The translations under genes and the position numbers were made by a program. Below are positions 46,376 through 59,091 of a stretch of 64,000 nucleotides of DNA, piece after piece (positions within the stretch are counted from its first letter, which is position 1; each line of letters opens with the position of its first letter). This DNA comes from Dudresnaya verticillata (taxonomy: Eukaryota), in assembly GCA_977862235.1 (NCBI GenBank), contig OZ374562.1:2294001-2358000 (forward strand). The letters are read 5' to 3'. The notes under the pieces were generated by a model. That model saw only the letters and a program-made list of their open reading frames with translations, was not told the DNA's origin and did not search any database.

Positions 46376-48487
46376 ATGTCGTTGCCCGGCGGCGACGCCG
46401 ACGCCGACGCCGGCCCGCCACCGCCGCCACCGCCACCGCCACCGCCACAGCCGCCGCCGCCGCCGCACGACCTGCCGTCGCTGCTGGCGCGCTTCTTCGC
46501 GCCCTCGTACGCAAAGGGCCGCTTCTCGCCGTCGCGTCTGGACACCTTTGTGCACACGCTGTCCGCGCAGGGCGTGCTGCACATCGTGGCGGCCGGCTGC
46601 GACGACGCCGTCATCGCCGCCACGCGCGAGAGCTGGGACCCGGCCACGCACGAGCTGCGCGACCACTGGAAGAGCCTGTCGTGGCGCGTGGCCGTCGAGC
46701 GCGTCGACCTGTCCGGCCTGCACGCCACGCAGTACTACCGCTACACCCCGCTGCCGCCCGCGCTCGCGCTCTCGCACGACGCCGCGCTGGCGCTGGCCGT
46801 GCTCGCGCGCATCTTCATCGTCGCTATGCCGCGCTTTGACAACCGTCGCGGCGACGAGCGCGACTGCGTCAAGATCGCGTCTGGCATCGCGGACGTGGTG
46901 TACCGCGCGACTACCTTTGTCGCACCGGCCGTCAACGCCTCCAGAACACTCGCCCTGCTGCAAATCCCCGTTGACGAACTCAACCGCATCGGCGGCCGCA
47001 CCTTTCAGGCCATTCTGGACCCCATTGTCTCGTGCCAGGTTCTGGGTAATGAACGCCATCTCGTTTCCCTCCCGTGGGAGCTCGTCTGTTTGCGCGCCAT
47101 TCAAAACGGAGTGCTCAACCTGCGCGTGCTTCGCGCCATCGTCTACATCGAGTATGTCCTGCAGCGCAACGCCCCAATCACCAACGAAACACTGCACAAC
47201 CACGAGGCCTACGACGTGCTCGTCGAAAATGCCGATATCGTACTCTACACCATCGGCGTCGAAAAGTATGCTATCGACTTCTGTGTCTTCCGTCTGTGCG
47301 CGATCCTCGAGGGCGCGTCCACAGACACAATGCCCCTCGTCGACCAGCTCCATTCGTGTGACCTCGGCCCGAAGAGCATCTACGATTCCGAGGCCGCTCA
47401 CCGCTCCACCACATACAAGACTCGCGAACAGCCGCAGCGTGCTGCTGTCGCTGCGCAGGGCACATCTGCTGCCCCGGCGTCGTCATCAACAGCCAATTTC
47501 GCACAGCGACCCGCAGGCGACCCTCTTGGTGGTGTTGGTGGTGGTGCTGCTGCTGCTGGGACTGGACTTGCCTTTGCGACTACTGCAGCAGGCGCAGCCC
47601 GCGCACAACCGCCTCGCGTGTACGATGCGCCCAACGAGGAAATTCCGTGGAACCACGCCGTGTACGAGGTTCAGACGCGGCAAACACAAATGAAAGCGCT
47701 TCGCAAGGCTCCGTCACGACCTTCGCGCAGCGGCAGGGCCGCGGCGGATACGCGAACGACGCAAGGCGCGGACTGGGCGTCTACATTGTATCAACACCAG
47801 CAGCAGCACGGCGTGGCTGGAGGCGCAGGCGTGGGCACAAGGCCTCCATTTCGAACACCACCACCGCGTTGCTGCGCTGGCAAGCTGAGGCTCGGGCCGC
47901 CGGCGATGCAAACTCTGGGATTGGACAAGGATGTGGCCAGCACGGTGCCGTCCACGATCGAGGGGCAGCGGTTCTTGCTGCGCGTCGGGAAGGGGAAGCT
48001 GCTTGTGCGGACGCGGAAGACGATGCAGAGTTCGTATATAGAGACATGGTTGAAGAGGATGAGCGGGGTGCGGGTAATAGAGACGGACCGGATGACGTCG
48101 TACCAGGAGGAAAGCGAGTGGCATGGGGCGCTGATTTCGGAAGTGTTGCGCGGGCTGTTTGGGTCGGAGGCATCTAGATGGCTTTTGTCTCACATTTGGA
48201 GAGGGACGGTAAAGATCTCATCGGAGTCACAAACAAGGTGCTACTGCCCTCATACGACGGATGCCAGCGGATACAAAATAAGAGCTCTTATACCGTTTGA
48301 CGTCGTTCGGACGAACAAGTTCTTCTATTGCCCCGAGCTGGACAAAGTATTCTGGCTGCCAAGGGAGGGCGACGATCCTCGAGAAGTTATAGTATCGAGA
48401 CGAGGGTCGATATTCTTCAGGGAATGCAACCATCTCCCCAACAACATGGTGCCCTGTTCTGTAGATTCGAGTAGAAGAGTTGGGTAA
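46376..48487 (+). CDS. Intronless hypothetical host protein (~703 aa) with a poly-Pro N-terminus
   Basis: Long uninterrupted frame with strong third-position GC bias from ATG 46376, downstream of a TATA box; no TE motifs; no family recognised. Confidence 0.8.
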   Translation: MSLPGGDADADAGPPPPPPPPPPPQPPPPPHDLPSLLARFFAPSYAKGRFSPSRLDTFVHTLSAQGVLHIVAAGCDDAVIAATRESWDPATHELRDHWKSLSWRVAVERVDLSGLHATQYYRYTPLPPALALSHDAALALAVLARIFIVAMPRFDNRRGDERDCVKIASGIADVVYRATTFVAPAVNASRTLALLQIPVDELNRIGGRTFQAILDPIVSCQVLGNERHLVSLPWELVCLRAIQNGVLNLRVLRAIVYIEYVLQRNAPITNETLHNHEAYDVLVENADIVLYTIGVEKYAIDFCVFRLCAILEGASTDTMPLVDQLHSCDLGPKSIYDSEAAHRSTTYKTREQPQRAAVAAQGTSAAPASSSTANFAQRPAGDPLGGVGGGAAAAGTGLAFATTAAGAARAQPPRVYDAPNEEIPWNHAVYEVQTRQTQMKALRKAPSRPSRSGRAAADTRTTQGADWASTLYQHQQQHGVAGGAGVGTRPPFRTPPPRCCAGKLRLGPPAMQTLGLDKDVASTVPSTIEGQRFLLRVGKGKLLVRTRKTMQSSYIETWLKRMSGVRVIETDRMTSYQEESEWHGALISEVLRGLFGSEASRWLLSHIWRGTVKISSESQTRCYCPHTTDASGYKIRALIPFDVVRTNKFFYCPELDKVFWLPREGDDPREVIVSRRGSIFFRECNHLPNNMVPCSVDSSRRVG

Positions 48488-50310
48488 AAGCAGGACGCAT
48501 AGTAGACTTAGAAGAAAAAGAAGAAGAAGAACGAGTACACTCTATAGAGGACCGGATACATCTAGACAAAGTTCAAGCTGCAGCTGAAATGTTATACTAG
48601 TTGGTTTCCAGGCTGCTCCCTGTGAAGGCATAGAGTCATAGGAGACATGAATCCATAACGATACGATATACATGATACAATGGTACAGTAGTTAATACTA
48701 TGCGTTCCAGGCGCACCTGGACTTGTTGCACTTGTTGCGATATATTACAATCTTGTTGTATTAGATTATGTACTATACTACGCATTAACTCTTCAACCAA
48801 ACAATATGTGGTAAAGGAGCAAAACGTCTCTTCTTCGACTTTGACGAGTCGTGTATACGCCGCAAGGGCCGTCGTGGGTGCGGGTGGTCTTTCTCGCCTG
48901 TTTGAGTTGAAGAGACGGTGGGTCACCCACACACGGTTTGAGCGTAAAGCGGTGCGCGTTGGGGACGCCTGGCAAAGTTTAGAATGGAAGAGATACGTGC
49001 GCACTGTCCAACAATGACTGCTGAGATCAATCCTTAATCGCAAGTGGGAGGCAATGTGAAGACACCGTCAGGCTGGGCCGCCTCCCATCGTGGTCTCTCA
49101 TCTGGGGCTGGGACGAGATGCACATGTGGAAGCATTGATTGTCCTGTCGTGTCGTAATAATGCTTTATTCTCGCTATGACAACTGGGACCAAAAAGGGTG
49201 CACACCCCCGGGCGGAGTGCCCAAGATGGGTATGTTCAGGGTACACACCCGGCGCAATTGAACGCGGAGCGAGCGACGGCCACTCAGCTCCGCAGCGGCA
49301 AAGCACTGTCATGGCGGGCGGGTGGGTGCGCGTGGCAGCGCGGCGTACGAAAACGGGGTCCGGGCGCTCTGCCATGGCGAGCTGCACGAGCTCGCTGCGC
49401 CAATGGCAGCGCAACAGACGGGTGGCGCATGGTGCAATATGAGCGGTCGGTCGGAAAGTCGGCGGTGCGCAAGCGCGGCGTTTTTTCGTCGCAACTGACT
49501 GAGTTTTGCTCGCGTTCGCATCGTTGTTGATAGCCGCAGAGATGTTATTGCTTTGGTCGAGGTTCGTGTTGTCTAATCAACACAGCTTTCACAGCGAGCT
49601 GACACACAGCTGCTGTAGCAAACGATTCCATGAGTCAGCTACACATGACGCTGATCGCCGACGTGCGACGCACGCACGTGTATTATTCTCGACAACTGTC
49701 AAACTGCGGTGCAGGAGCAAGGGGTGGTTGACAGTGGGACAGGCGTGAAAGGAAGGCGCGCGCCATTGTCGAAGACTGTCGACACGTTTGTAGTGTCGAA
49801 GTGAGCGCGCCATCACTTTGCACTCTTTTGTTGATATCTCTTTAGGCCTAGCTAGTAGGAAGCGACCAGCTTGAATTGGTGCTTGCGCAAGTGTTACTGT
49901 CAGACATGGCCGACTTGGAAGACTGCGCGCTTTATTGTATCTCCGCTCTACTTGTGCGTATCAGCAATCACCGCCGCCTCCCGTAAGTCTATCTGTCTTC
50001 CTGCTGCCTTAACACACGGACGGCAATCGACTCGCGGGTTCTAGTGCTTGGCCACAACACAGGCACTGCATGTGAACAGGCGCATGAGACTGCAGGTCTG
50101 TCCGTGCCGCGCCGTCCTCGGCCAGCAGCTCTGCGCGGCAACAAAGCGCGCGAGCGCTCGGAACTCGCGCCCATCCAGCGCTGTCGCCGCGCCATTCGCC
50201 GTCTCCGCGCTCCATTGCGCCCAATCACGCGGCTCGGCGCGCGTTTCGCGCATGCCGCGGAACGTGGGAAATAGTACGGGTACATTTGGGCGGGCGTTTT
50301 TGGGGTAGAT

Positions 50311-50465
50311 TGTCGGTTCAGCTTGGGGTTGTTGGTCCGATGTCGGCCCGAAGTGGGCACAGGTTGGACCGGAGGGGTAGTTCTTGAGATGATAACCGGC
50401 CTCGGCACGCGGTGTGCTGCGTACGGAGGTCGAAGCACACGCCGAGGGCCGGGGCGTATCGTGCT

Positions 50466-50515
<50 letters not shown>

Positions 50516-51584
50516 AGTCTGAACGGCGCGTTGGTGCGGCGGTAGGACGAGGTTGTGCTTTACTTGTTGTTGTTCTTGGTTGCTGGGTGTACGACGCCGC
50601 TAGTCGGCAGGGGTATAAGTACGGTAGAATTGAGCAAGTTTGTCTAAGCGAACTCGGTAGTCTGTCCGCGTCCTGGGTGGTCTGGGCTCGATATAGTATA
50701 CTAAATCGCCCGTTTGAACCACCCAGGGGCGGTGCGCGACGCCTTTCGTCGCGCAAAACTACTGTTAGACTATCCTACGAGCAGCTTTTGTTTAGAAGCA
50801 GCATGTTGCTTCTTTCTGCTATACTTGTACTGATATACCTCTCGACTAGAATTCTACTGATATGGTTCGCGACCGCAACCAGTCCCGTGACCCCTACTGG
50901 GTCGCGAGGACCTACCCATACGCTGGGTGGTCTTCTACAACGACACTCCCAAAACTTTTTCGCTTGACAAACCATTCTTCATTCTATCTATCCACTGTTC
51001 TACTTTGTGGTCAAGTGCTGCCTTGCGGAGCGATGTGCTGAGTATTTCACATCGAGTCTTCTTCGTCAATCCGTCAGCTAAATTGTTCTCTGAACGAACG
51101 AACCCTACGCACTCTATCTCTTGCTGCTTGTATGCTTTCTTAACCACCTTAAGGTCTATCATTAGTCCTTTTTCCGATGTAAGTGAGGCCTTAGTAATCA
51201 CGTCAAAGAGTGAAATACTGTCCGCCATCATCACTATAGGTATGTCTTTGTTCGTCACCTGCTGTAGGTCATGCTTTATGGCGTATGCCATGTCGAATGC
51301 ATCAGCAAAATCCATGGTCTCGCTGCCGAGTACAGATCTTGTCACGCGTTTAGACTTATGTGACGACCAGTAAATGGTTGACATTTATTGGTAGCATCTG
51401 CTAGAAAGATAATGTGCCCTAGTTGTGATGAACCGTCGTGGTTGTTTGCGTACGAAGCATCGGAATATACTTGCATCCTTAGTGTCTCTTTGTCCAGCTT
51501 AGGGTACCTTAAGACCAAGTCTTTGTTTTTTCGTAGGACTCTTATGACTGCATTTAGAACTTTGATGAACGAGGCGGGATCTTT
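50311..51584 (-). mobile_element. Copia 3' fragment (RT end, RNase H, complete 3' LTR at 50311-50945); inverted copy of 56751-57975
   Basis: Reverse complement of 56751-57975; YSDASYA and NLADGLTK motifs; LTR TGTCGTTG...CCGACA. Confidence 0.93.
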
Positions 51585-52128
51585 TGTGGTGAAGCGGCCG
51601 TTTCGGAGTGCGGACGACGGTTGAGCCGATCCGCGCCCGGCGCAGTGGTGAGCTGGCGCCAAAAGCCGAAACGGAGTGCAGCGACATAGTTGCACTGTAC
51701 GCCTTGGTGGAGTCTGCGCGCACCACCAATAGGAGTCAAGTGGTTGATTTATTTGTACTTAGGTAATTGTAATGATGCTGTACAGTACGTAGTGTCAGCC
51801 GGCCAATGAGAATGCCGAGCATGTCCGCAACGGTGACCGGGACCAGTAGGGCCGGACCCACCTGGTGGACCAGACCCATTGGGGTCTGACCCACACGGAC
51901 CGGACCGCGGGGCGTATCTCCCAGTATATTAATGGGTGGCCACCGCGAGTCCTACAGTAAACGGGTACGCAACCCTGGGCAAAGTGACTTACCCTAAGCC
52001 TTACCCTCATACTCCTTTACGGTTTCCCCTCGCCAGCCCCGTGCACGGATTCCTCTTACCTCCGTCCCGGTGTAGCTGTCCTGGCACTGTACCGTCCCCC
52101 TTGTCTGTTGCGTCCCTTTACTCCTTAC
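51585..52128 (+). repeat. 3'-truncated Gypsy-type LTR, same family as 58417-59091
   Basis: Starts TGTGGTGAAGCGGCC and is colinear with 58417-58959, then breaks off. Confidence 0.9.
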
Positions 52129-52464
52129 TCCAAACGTGCAAAGCAGCGTTCAGCTCGCAGCACGACCTCGACGGTCACTTGCGAGGCAAACGCCACCGTC
52201 AAACCGTACAAAACATAGAAACTAAAAAGCAACTAGAACGTGTTAGAAATAATTAGCTAGAGAAAAAGGCCCTGAAAAAAAGGCGAAAGCCACAAAAAGG
52301 GAAAAGAAAAGAAAAAACCCTCAAACAAGGTCAAAATATATATAGCAAATCAATTGAAAAAGGGGAACGACATTATAATTGACGAAAGGCAATTGACAGG
52401 GGCAATTACGAAAGGCAATTGAAAAATTAAAAAAGGGCAATCGCAAGGTCACAATTACGACACT

Positions 52465-54180
52465 ATGGTAACCTTAACGGCAGTTAGGGGGTCACTAAAC
52501 AGTTATGCCCCCACTACGCAGGCCCAATTGGACCTTAAGGCGGCATTAGCTGTACACGTACTTGCGGACCCCCAAACACCGGACGCAGAGGCAATAGTTG
52601 CCCTACGATAAGATTTCCCTGTCGAGACACTATACTCGCTGGAAACCATCAAGGGCCCTGCTACCCTCTACCGCGTAATCAGAGATTACCTTGCGCTCAA
52701 AGGCCTTACCTACACCCAACACTCTCAAAGCAATAGAGTCGCTTACGGATTACCGGCAATGCTCTACACGACCGAGGAAGAGCAAAACAGTGCAACAGCT
52801 AGACTGATCGCTTCTGCTACAACAGGTAGCCGGAGCTCACAGCCCGCTGCTGATGGAAGCCCCCCCGCCGAAAATGGCTCAACATCTGGAGGACCTCAAA
52901 CTATCACCACTATCACCGATGAAAAGAAGCTCGCCCACAACATAGCGACTCGTTTCAAGAAAGGAGATAAGTTTACTGGAAAACTCGGTGAAGATCTATC
53001 AGAGCACATCAACAACTACCTCGACGCTGCGAAGGACTACGATCTCACCAACTCGCAAAAGCTCCTCTTCTTCCATAACATCTTCGATGGGGAGGCAAAA
53101 AGGTTCTACCGCGAGAAAGTAGCCGATCGATGTGACACCTTCGCATCCGCAGTAACCCTCATGCAAAACGAACTCAACAATATAACCCGTCAGAATCGTG
53201 TGCGAAAACACCTGCAGAGCCTACGACTCAACTCCATAGTCAAGGCAAAGAAATGCACTATAACGGAAGGGCTTGAAGAACTTCGAGAGACTATCACAAA
53301 GTTCGCTCCTCAAGGACCTAAAACGCACCGTTCAGAGGAAGACAAAGTTGAATACCTCTATAAGGCAGTAGTTGGAGCTAACTGGGCCAAGGCACCGCTC
53401 TCTAACGCTCAAGCGGCAAATCCACTATGGGATTTCCAACAGCTATACACAGCTTTAGACGCTGCATGGCTACAAGAGCAAGAAGAGGAGGAAGGTCGAA
53501 AGAAGGATGGCTCTAGTAGTAAATACGCCCCTCCGTCGGATAGTAACATACCTGGACTGTATTATCAGGGACAAGGCATGTATGGGAGGCCTCGTAAAAG
53601 TGGATCCCGCTCCTCAGCCCCAAGAAACTACCAGTCTCAACAAGGTACTCGTTTCAACAGAGGTAGGGAGAGTGCTATCGGAAAAAATGGGACAGACAAA
53701 TTCGGAAAGCCGAGAAAGTGCCACAACTGCGGGAGCTTAGACCATTTCATCAGAGATTGCCGTCAAGGACGTAATCTACTCCGCAATGTCGGCAGAATGG
53801 TCAAACAGAACCCCAATGGCACAGCACAGATGCTATTCGAGCTTTGTGTCCAGGTAGAGGATGCCCTCTTCCAAAACGACGATGAGGTATTCGAAGAGTT
53901 CTTTGCGGAGAAAGAGAAGGATCAATCTTCGGAAGATTCTAGTACATCAGACTCAGATGGAAACACAGCAGATAACGTCGCTGAGAACTTCCACGAACGC
54001 CTCATAGAATCTGAAGGGAAATATTCCGTGGACCAGAAGGGACTTACCGAACTTCTTGACCCTACAGATTTTTGGGAGGAGGCAGTTATCTGCATCGACG
54101 AAATTTGCGACCAGAGAAGACATCACGACCACTCAGCCCATTTTTCGAAACTGTCCTCCGGAAGAAACGATGCCGAATGA
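52465..54180 (+). pseudogene. Copia gag (in-frame TAA at ~52609)
   Basis: ATG 52465 is in frame with ORF 52759-54180; zinc knuckle CHNCGSLDHFIRDC. Confidence 0.85.
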
Positions 54181-57100
54181 AAAGGCGAGTTAACCGTACG
54201 AGGTCCACTAGATCCAAACTTCTTAGGAAAGAGAAGTACAAAAGAAAGAAGAAAGGGGAGAGGAAGACATTCGGGGTCTTCGAGACCAATGTAGCAGGTA
54301 TCAAGCTTAAATCGTCGGTAAAGAACAAATGGCATGGCGCTTGCATCGACACAGGAGCTCAGAAGACAGTCATTGGACTAAATCAAGCCAAAGCATATTG
54401 TCGCTACATGGGAGTTAAATTTAAGTCAAAGAAGAATAATAACTGCTACAAGTTCGGAGAAGACCAACAGCCATCTTTTGGATCGATTCCCATTAGGATA
54501 CCTCTCTCTACAAGTTCGTTTGCCATGATCAACGTAGACGTCGTTACTGCAAACGTCCCTTTTCTAGTTGGACTAGACATTATGGACTCACTTGGAATTT
54601 ACGTTGATACGGTTAATAATGTGTTGCGCTGTCCCAATGGAGAATGGAGTACACCCGTCGTCAGGAAACTAGGCCACGTATACTTGGAATGGAATCAATC
54701 GGATCACATTCTCTTTACGAAAAGTGAGCTCGTAAAACTGCACCGTGGTTTCCAACATCCTGCCAATGACAAACTACTCAACCTCCTCAGGAGAGCACGC
54801 CCAGAAGAAATGAACAAAGAAACAATTGAGATCCTGCGCGACATCGCAAATAAATTTGATACCTGTCAACGACTTGGACCTACTCCACTCAGGTTTAAGG
54901 TAAAGATGCCTCATACAGACGAACTCATATTCGGAGAAGAAGTGTCACTGGACTTAATGTTCCTGGACTCTAAAGCAGTGCTACACGTCGTAGATACTGC
55001 CACAAGATTCTCCAGCGCGACGTTCCTTGATGCCCTTCAAGTCGACTACGGGCAGAGTGTCGAAGGAGTATGGAGAGCATTCGGCGAAACATGGTGTACT
55101 ATGTACACCGGGTTTCCAAACCGCATTAAGACGGATGCAGGATCCATCTTCACCTCCCCCCGATGGAAAGCAATAAGTGATGCTGTGGGTATTGAACTTC
55201 AAACATCGGGAATCCAGTCTCACAACTCTTTAGGTATAGGAGAAAGACTTCATGACCCGTTAAGAAGAATATACAACAAGGTACAACTCAATTATCCACA
55301 CGAGTCACCTAATATTCTACTTCAACTTGCAGTTAAGGCAATGAATGATGCGATAGGGGAAGACGGACTCGTACCTTCACTATTAGCCTTCGGTGTCGTA
55401 CCGAGATTCCCTATTATCAATTCTCAAATGCCCACGCAGCAAGAAAGAATGAACATTCTCAATGAAGCGGGAAGGGAAATGAATACTATCATAGCCGAAA
55501 GAAGGATACTAGCCGCACTCAAGCACAAAGTACCCTTAGCTGCAGATAGGATTTACCTTCCTGGAGATGAGGTAATTGTTGCAAGAGAAGGAAAAGGGAG
55601 GAATAAATGGTTTGGACCCTATCGAGTAACCGACTTCGATTTTGAAGGAAGAATGGTCACCATTCATAACTCAGAGACGAAGAACATGGAACGATACAAC
55701 GCACAACAGATAAAACCATACTACAGAGGGGAAGAAACCGGCAACTAAGAGCCGATCCATCCAGATGAGTTTTATCACAATATGACAAAATCTTTCAGGA
55801 CAGACACACGACCGAGTCCACCTCCCTTCTCTGCATATCTGACAGAAGTAGTCAAACCGGGAGACCCAAGAGCCCGAGACGCACGCTTCGATAAAGCTAA
55901 GAAAAAGGAGATACAAGGTCTTATTGACAGAGGAACCTGGAAAGTGGTACTTAAAAGTGAAGTAGAAGATAATGCCAATGTACTTGGAGGAAGATTCGTC
56001 CTCGCAATTAAGGATGAAGGGACAAAAGAAGAAGTTTGGAAAGCAAGATATGTAGTTCAAGGGTATAGAGACCGTCTAAAGACTTCCCTAGTCCATGACA
56101 CTGCTACTGCAAAACAACAATCCACGAGAATCCTGATTGGTTTAGCCGCCATCTTTCGTTTCCGCCTTTACTCAACAGATGTAAGACAAGCTTACCTTCA
56201 AAGTGCTGAAGGTCTCATGAGAGATGTGTACATCAAATCGTCCGGTGAATTCGAGTTAGGCGAAGATGAATTGCTTAAACTTTTAAAACCTCTCTACGGA
56301 TTAGCAGATAGTGGCGACTACTGGGGAAAGACACTCTACGACCACCTGCGCCACGACCTTGGAATGGAAACGACTACGTCAGACGGAGCATTCTTCTTCA
56401 GGAAAATAGATGAGAAGCTGGCAGGCCTCTGTGTAACCTACGTAGATGACTCACTTCAGGCCGGGAATACAAATTTTCAAGAAGAATCCAGAAAAACTGA
56501 AGAAACCTTCCAATGTCGAGAACGAGTGTATGACAAATTCCAGTTTGTAGGAGTGGAGGTAGAAACAAAGGGAACGGAGTTTCAAGTGCATCAAAAGAAG
56601 TACGTATCCAAGCTTCAACTACTGAACCAAGAATCAAGTTTCAAGGACTATAGATCGCTTAGAGCAAAGTTGTCTTGGGTAACAAATACCAGACCAGATA
56701 TGGCGTTTGCGGTTGCCCAAAGTGCCCAGGTGACTGAGGAAAGATTCAGAAAAGATCCCGCCTCGTTCATCAAAGTTCTAAATGCAGTCATAAGAGTCCT
56801 ACGAAAAAACAAAGACTTGGTCTTAAGGTACCCTAAGCTGGACAAAGAGACACTAAGGATGCAAGTATATTCCGATGCTTCGTACGCAAACAACCACGAC
56901 GGTTCATCACAACTAGGGTACATTATCTTTCTAGCAGATGCTACCAAGAAATGTCAACCAATTTATTGGTCGTCACATAAGTCTAAACGCGTACAAGATC
57001 TGTACTCGGCAGCGAGACCATGGCTTTTGCTGATGCATTCGACATGGCATACGCCATAAAGCATGACCTACAGCAGATGACGAACAAAGACATACCTATA

Positions 57101-57399
57101 GTGATGATGACAGACAGTATTTCACTCTTTGACGTGATTACTAAGGCCTCAATCACATCGGAAAAAGACTAATGATAGACCTTAAGGTGGTTAAGAATGC
57201 ATACAAGCAGCAAGAGATAGAGTGCGTAGGTTTCGTTCGTTCAGAGAACAATTTAGCTGACGGATTGACGAAGAAGACTCGATGTGAAATACTCAGCACA
57301 TCGCTCCGCAAGGCAACACTTGACCACAAAGTAGAACAGTGGATAGATAGAATGAAGAATGGTTTGTCAAGCGAAAACGTTTTGGGAGTGTCGTTGTAG
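54072..57399 (+). pseudogene. Copia pol: PR-INT (54072-55748), RT-RH (55782-57059), frameshifted RNase H tail
   Basis: CIDTGAQKTVIG, LHRGFQHP, TDAGSIF, WKARYVVQG, LLKPLYGL, YVDDS, YSDASYA, NLADGLTK. Confidence 0.94.
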
Positions 57400-57975
57400 A
57401 AGACCACCCAGCGTATGGGTAGGTCCTCGCGACCCAGTAGGGGTCACGGGACTGGTTGCGGTCGCGAACCATATCAGTAGAATTCTAGTAGAGAGGTATA
57501 TCAGTACAAGTATAGCAGAAAGAAGCAACATGCTGCTTCTAAACAAAAGCTGCTCGTAGGATAGTCTAACAGTAGTTTTGCGCGACGAAAGGCGTCGCGC
57601 ACCGCCCCTGGGTGGTTCAAACGGGCGATTTAGTATACTCTATCGGTCCCAGACCACCCAGGACGCGGACAGACTACCGAGTTCGCTTAGACAAACTTGC
57701 TCAATTCTACCGTACTTATACCCCTGCCGACTAGCGGCGTCGTACACCCAGCAACCAAGAACAACAACAAGTAAAGCACAACCTCGTCCTACCGCCGCAC
57801 CAAAGCGCCGTTCAGACTACCCCCCCAGCACGATACGACCCGGCCCTCGGCGTGTGCTTCGACCTCCGTAGGCAGCACACCGCGTGCCGAGGCCGGTTAT
57901 CATCTCAAGAACTACCCCTCCGGTCCAACCTGTGCCCACTTCGGGCCGACATCGGACCAACAACCCCAAGCTGAA
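57389..57975 (+). repeat. 3' LTR of the Copia element
   Basis: Inverted copy at 50317-50945. Confidence 0.9.
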
Positions 57976-58416
57976 GTAGATGGGGTCTACGGTGAAACCC
58001 TTGAAGGGTACCGCGCTAGTGTAGGAGTGGAAGGAGCGCGTGTGTGGAGTTGGCGGAACGCGTGGGTGGCTATGGAACGTCTGCGGCGGTGGTGAGGGCA
58101 GGAGCGTTACGCGTTACGCCACGGCGAGTAATTGCAGTAATTGTAACGCGGCGGCAGAACTCAGAGGTCTGAGTGTCGCAGTTCCGGGGGGTTGAGTAGC
58201 GGGTTACTCCAGACAGGTTGTCTGGCCCGATGATTACCGGCAAAGGTCCAGCGGTAGGTTGCTAGACCTTGTCGGAGCGCACTTAAACGACCTTTGCGTG
58301 TAGCGCTAAGCCCGAATCGGGTAGACAATGGAAGCGGGAAACTTTATTCTGAGTTCTGGTTGTAATCTGTGGTACCTCTTTACTGGGCAGCAGCCAGACT
58401 GAGCACCTTTCATAGT

Positions 58417-59091
58417 TGTGGTGAAGCGGCCGTTTCGGAGTGCGGACGACGGTTGAGCCGACTCGCGCCCGGCGCAGTGGTGAGCTGGCGCCAAAAGCCG
58501 AAACGGAGTGCAGTGACACAGTAGCACTGTATGCCCTGCTGGAGTCTGCGCGCACCACCAATAGGAGTCAAGTAGTTGATTTATTTGTAATTAGGTAATT
58601 ATAACCATGCTGTACAGTACGTAGTGTCAGCCGGCCAATGAGAATGCCGAGCATGTCCGCAACGGTGACCGGGACCAGTAGGGCCGGACCCACCTGGTGG
58701 ACCAGACCCATTGGGGTCTGGCCCACACGGACCGGACCGCGGGGCGTATCTCCCAGTATATTAATGGGTGGCCACCGCGAGTCCTACAGTAAACGGGTAC
58801 GCAACCCTGGGCAAAGTGACTTACCCTAAGCCTTACCCTCATACTCCTTTACTGTGTCCCCTCGCCAGCCCCGCGCACGGATTCCTCTTACCTCCGTTCC
58901 GGTGTAGCTGCTCTGGCACTGTACCGTTCCCCTTGTCTGTTTCGTCCCTTTACTCCTTACAGGTGTTGCCGCTCGAGGTACTCCCTTCGGTCTACGAACT
59001 AAGCTCTACCACCCCGGTGCCGTGTGAGATCACTCCTTATTGGGATTGCCTGATCAGCTCTCCTTGCAGGTGTGCCTTTCACTTCACCACA
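58417..59091 (+). mobile_element. Solo LTR (675 bp), distant relative of the inner Gypsy LTR
   Basis: TGTGGTGAAG...CTTCACCACA; TSD ATAGT (58412-58416 and 59092-59096); shares blocks (CCAATGAGAATGC, TAAACGGGTA, CCCTTGTCTGTT, CTCTACCACCCCG) with 20449-21123. Confidence 0.94.

Larger units (their letters stand above)
52129..57975 (+). mobile_element. Ty1/Copia-type LTR retrotransposon lacking its 5' LTR
   Basis: gag-PR-INT-RT-RH followed by GGGAG and an LTR at 57389-57975 (last 6 nt missing relative to the 50311 copy). The left boundary is inferred. Confidence 0.9.
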
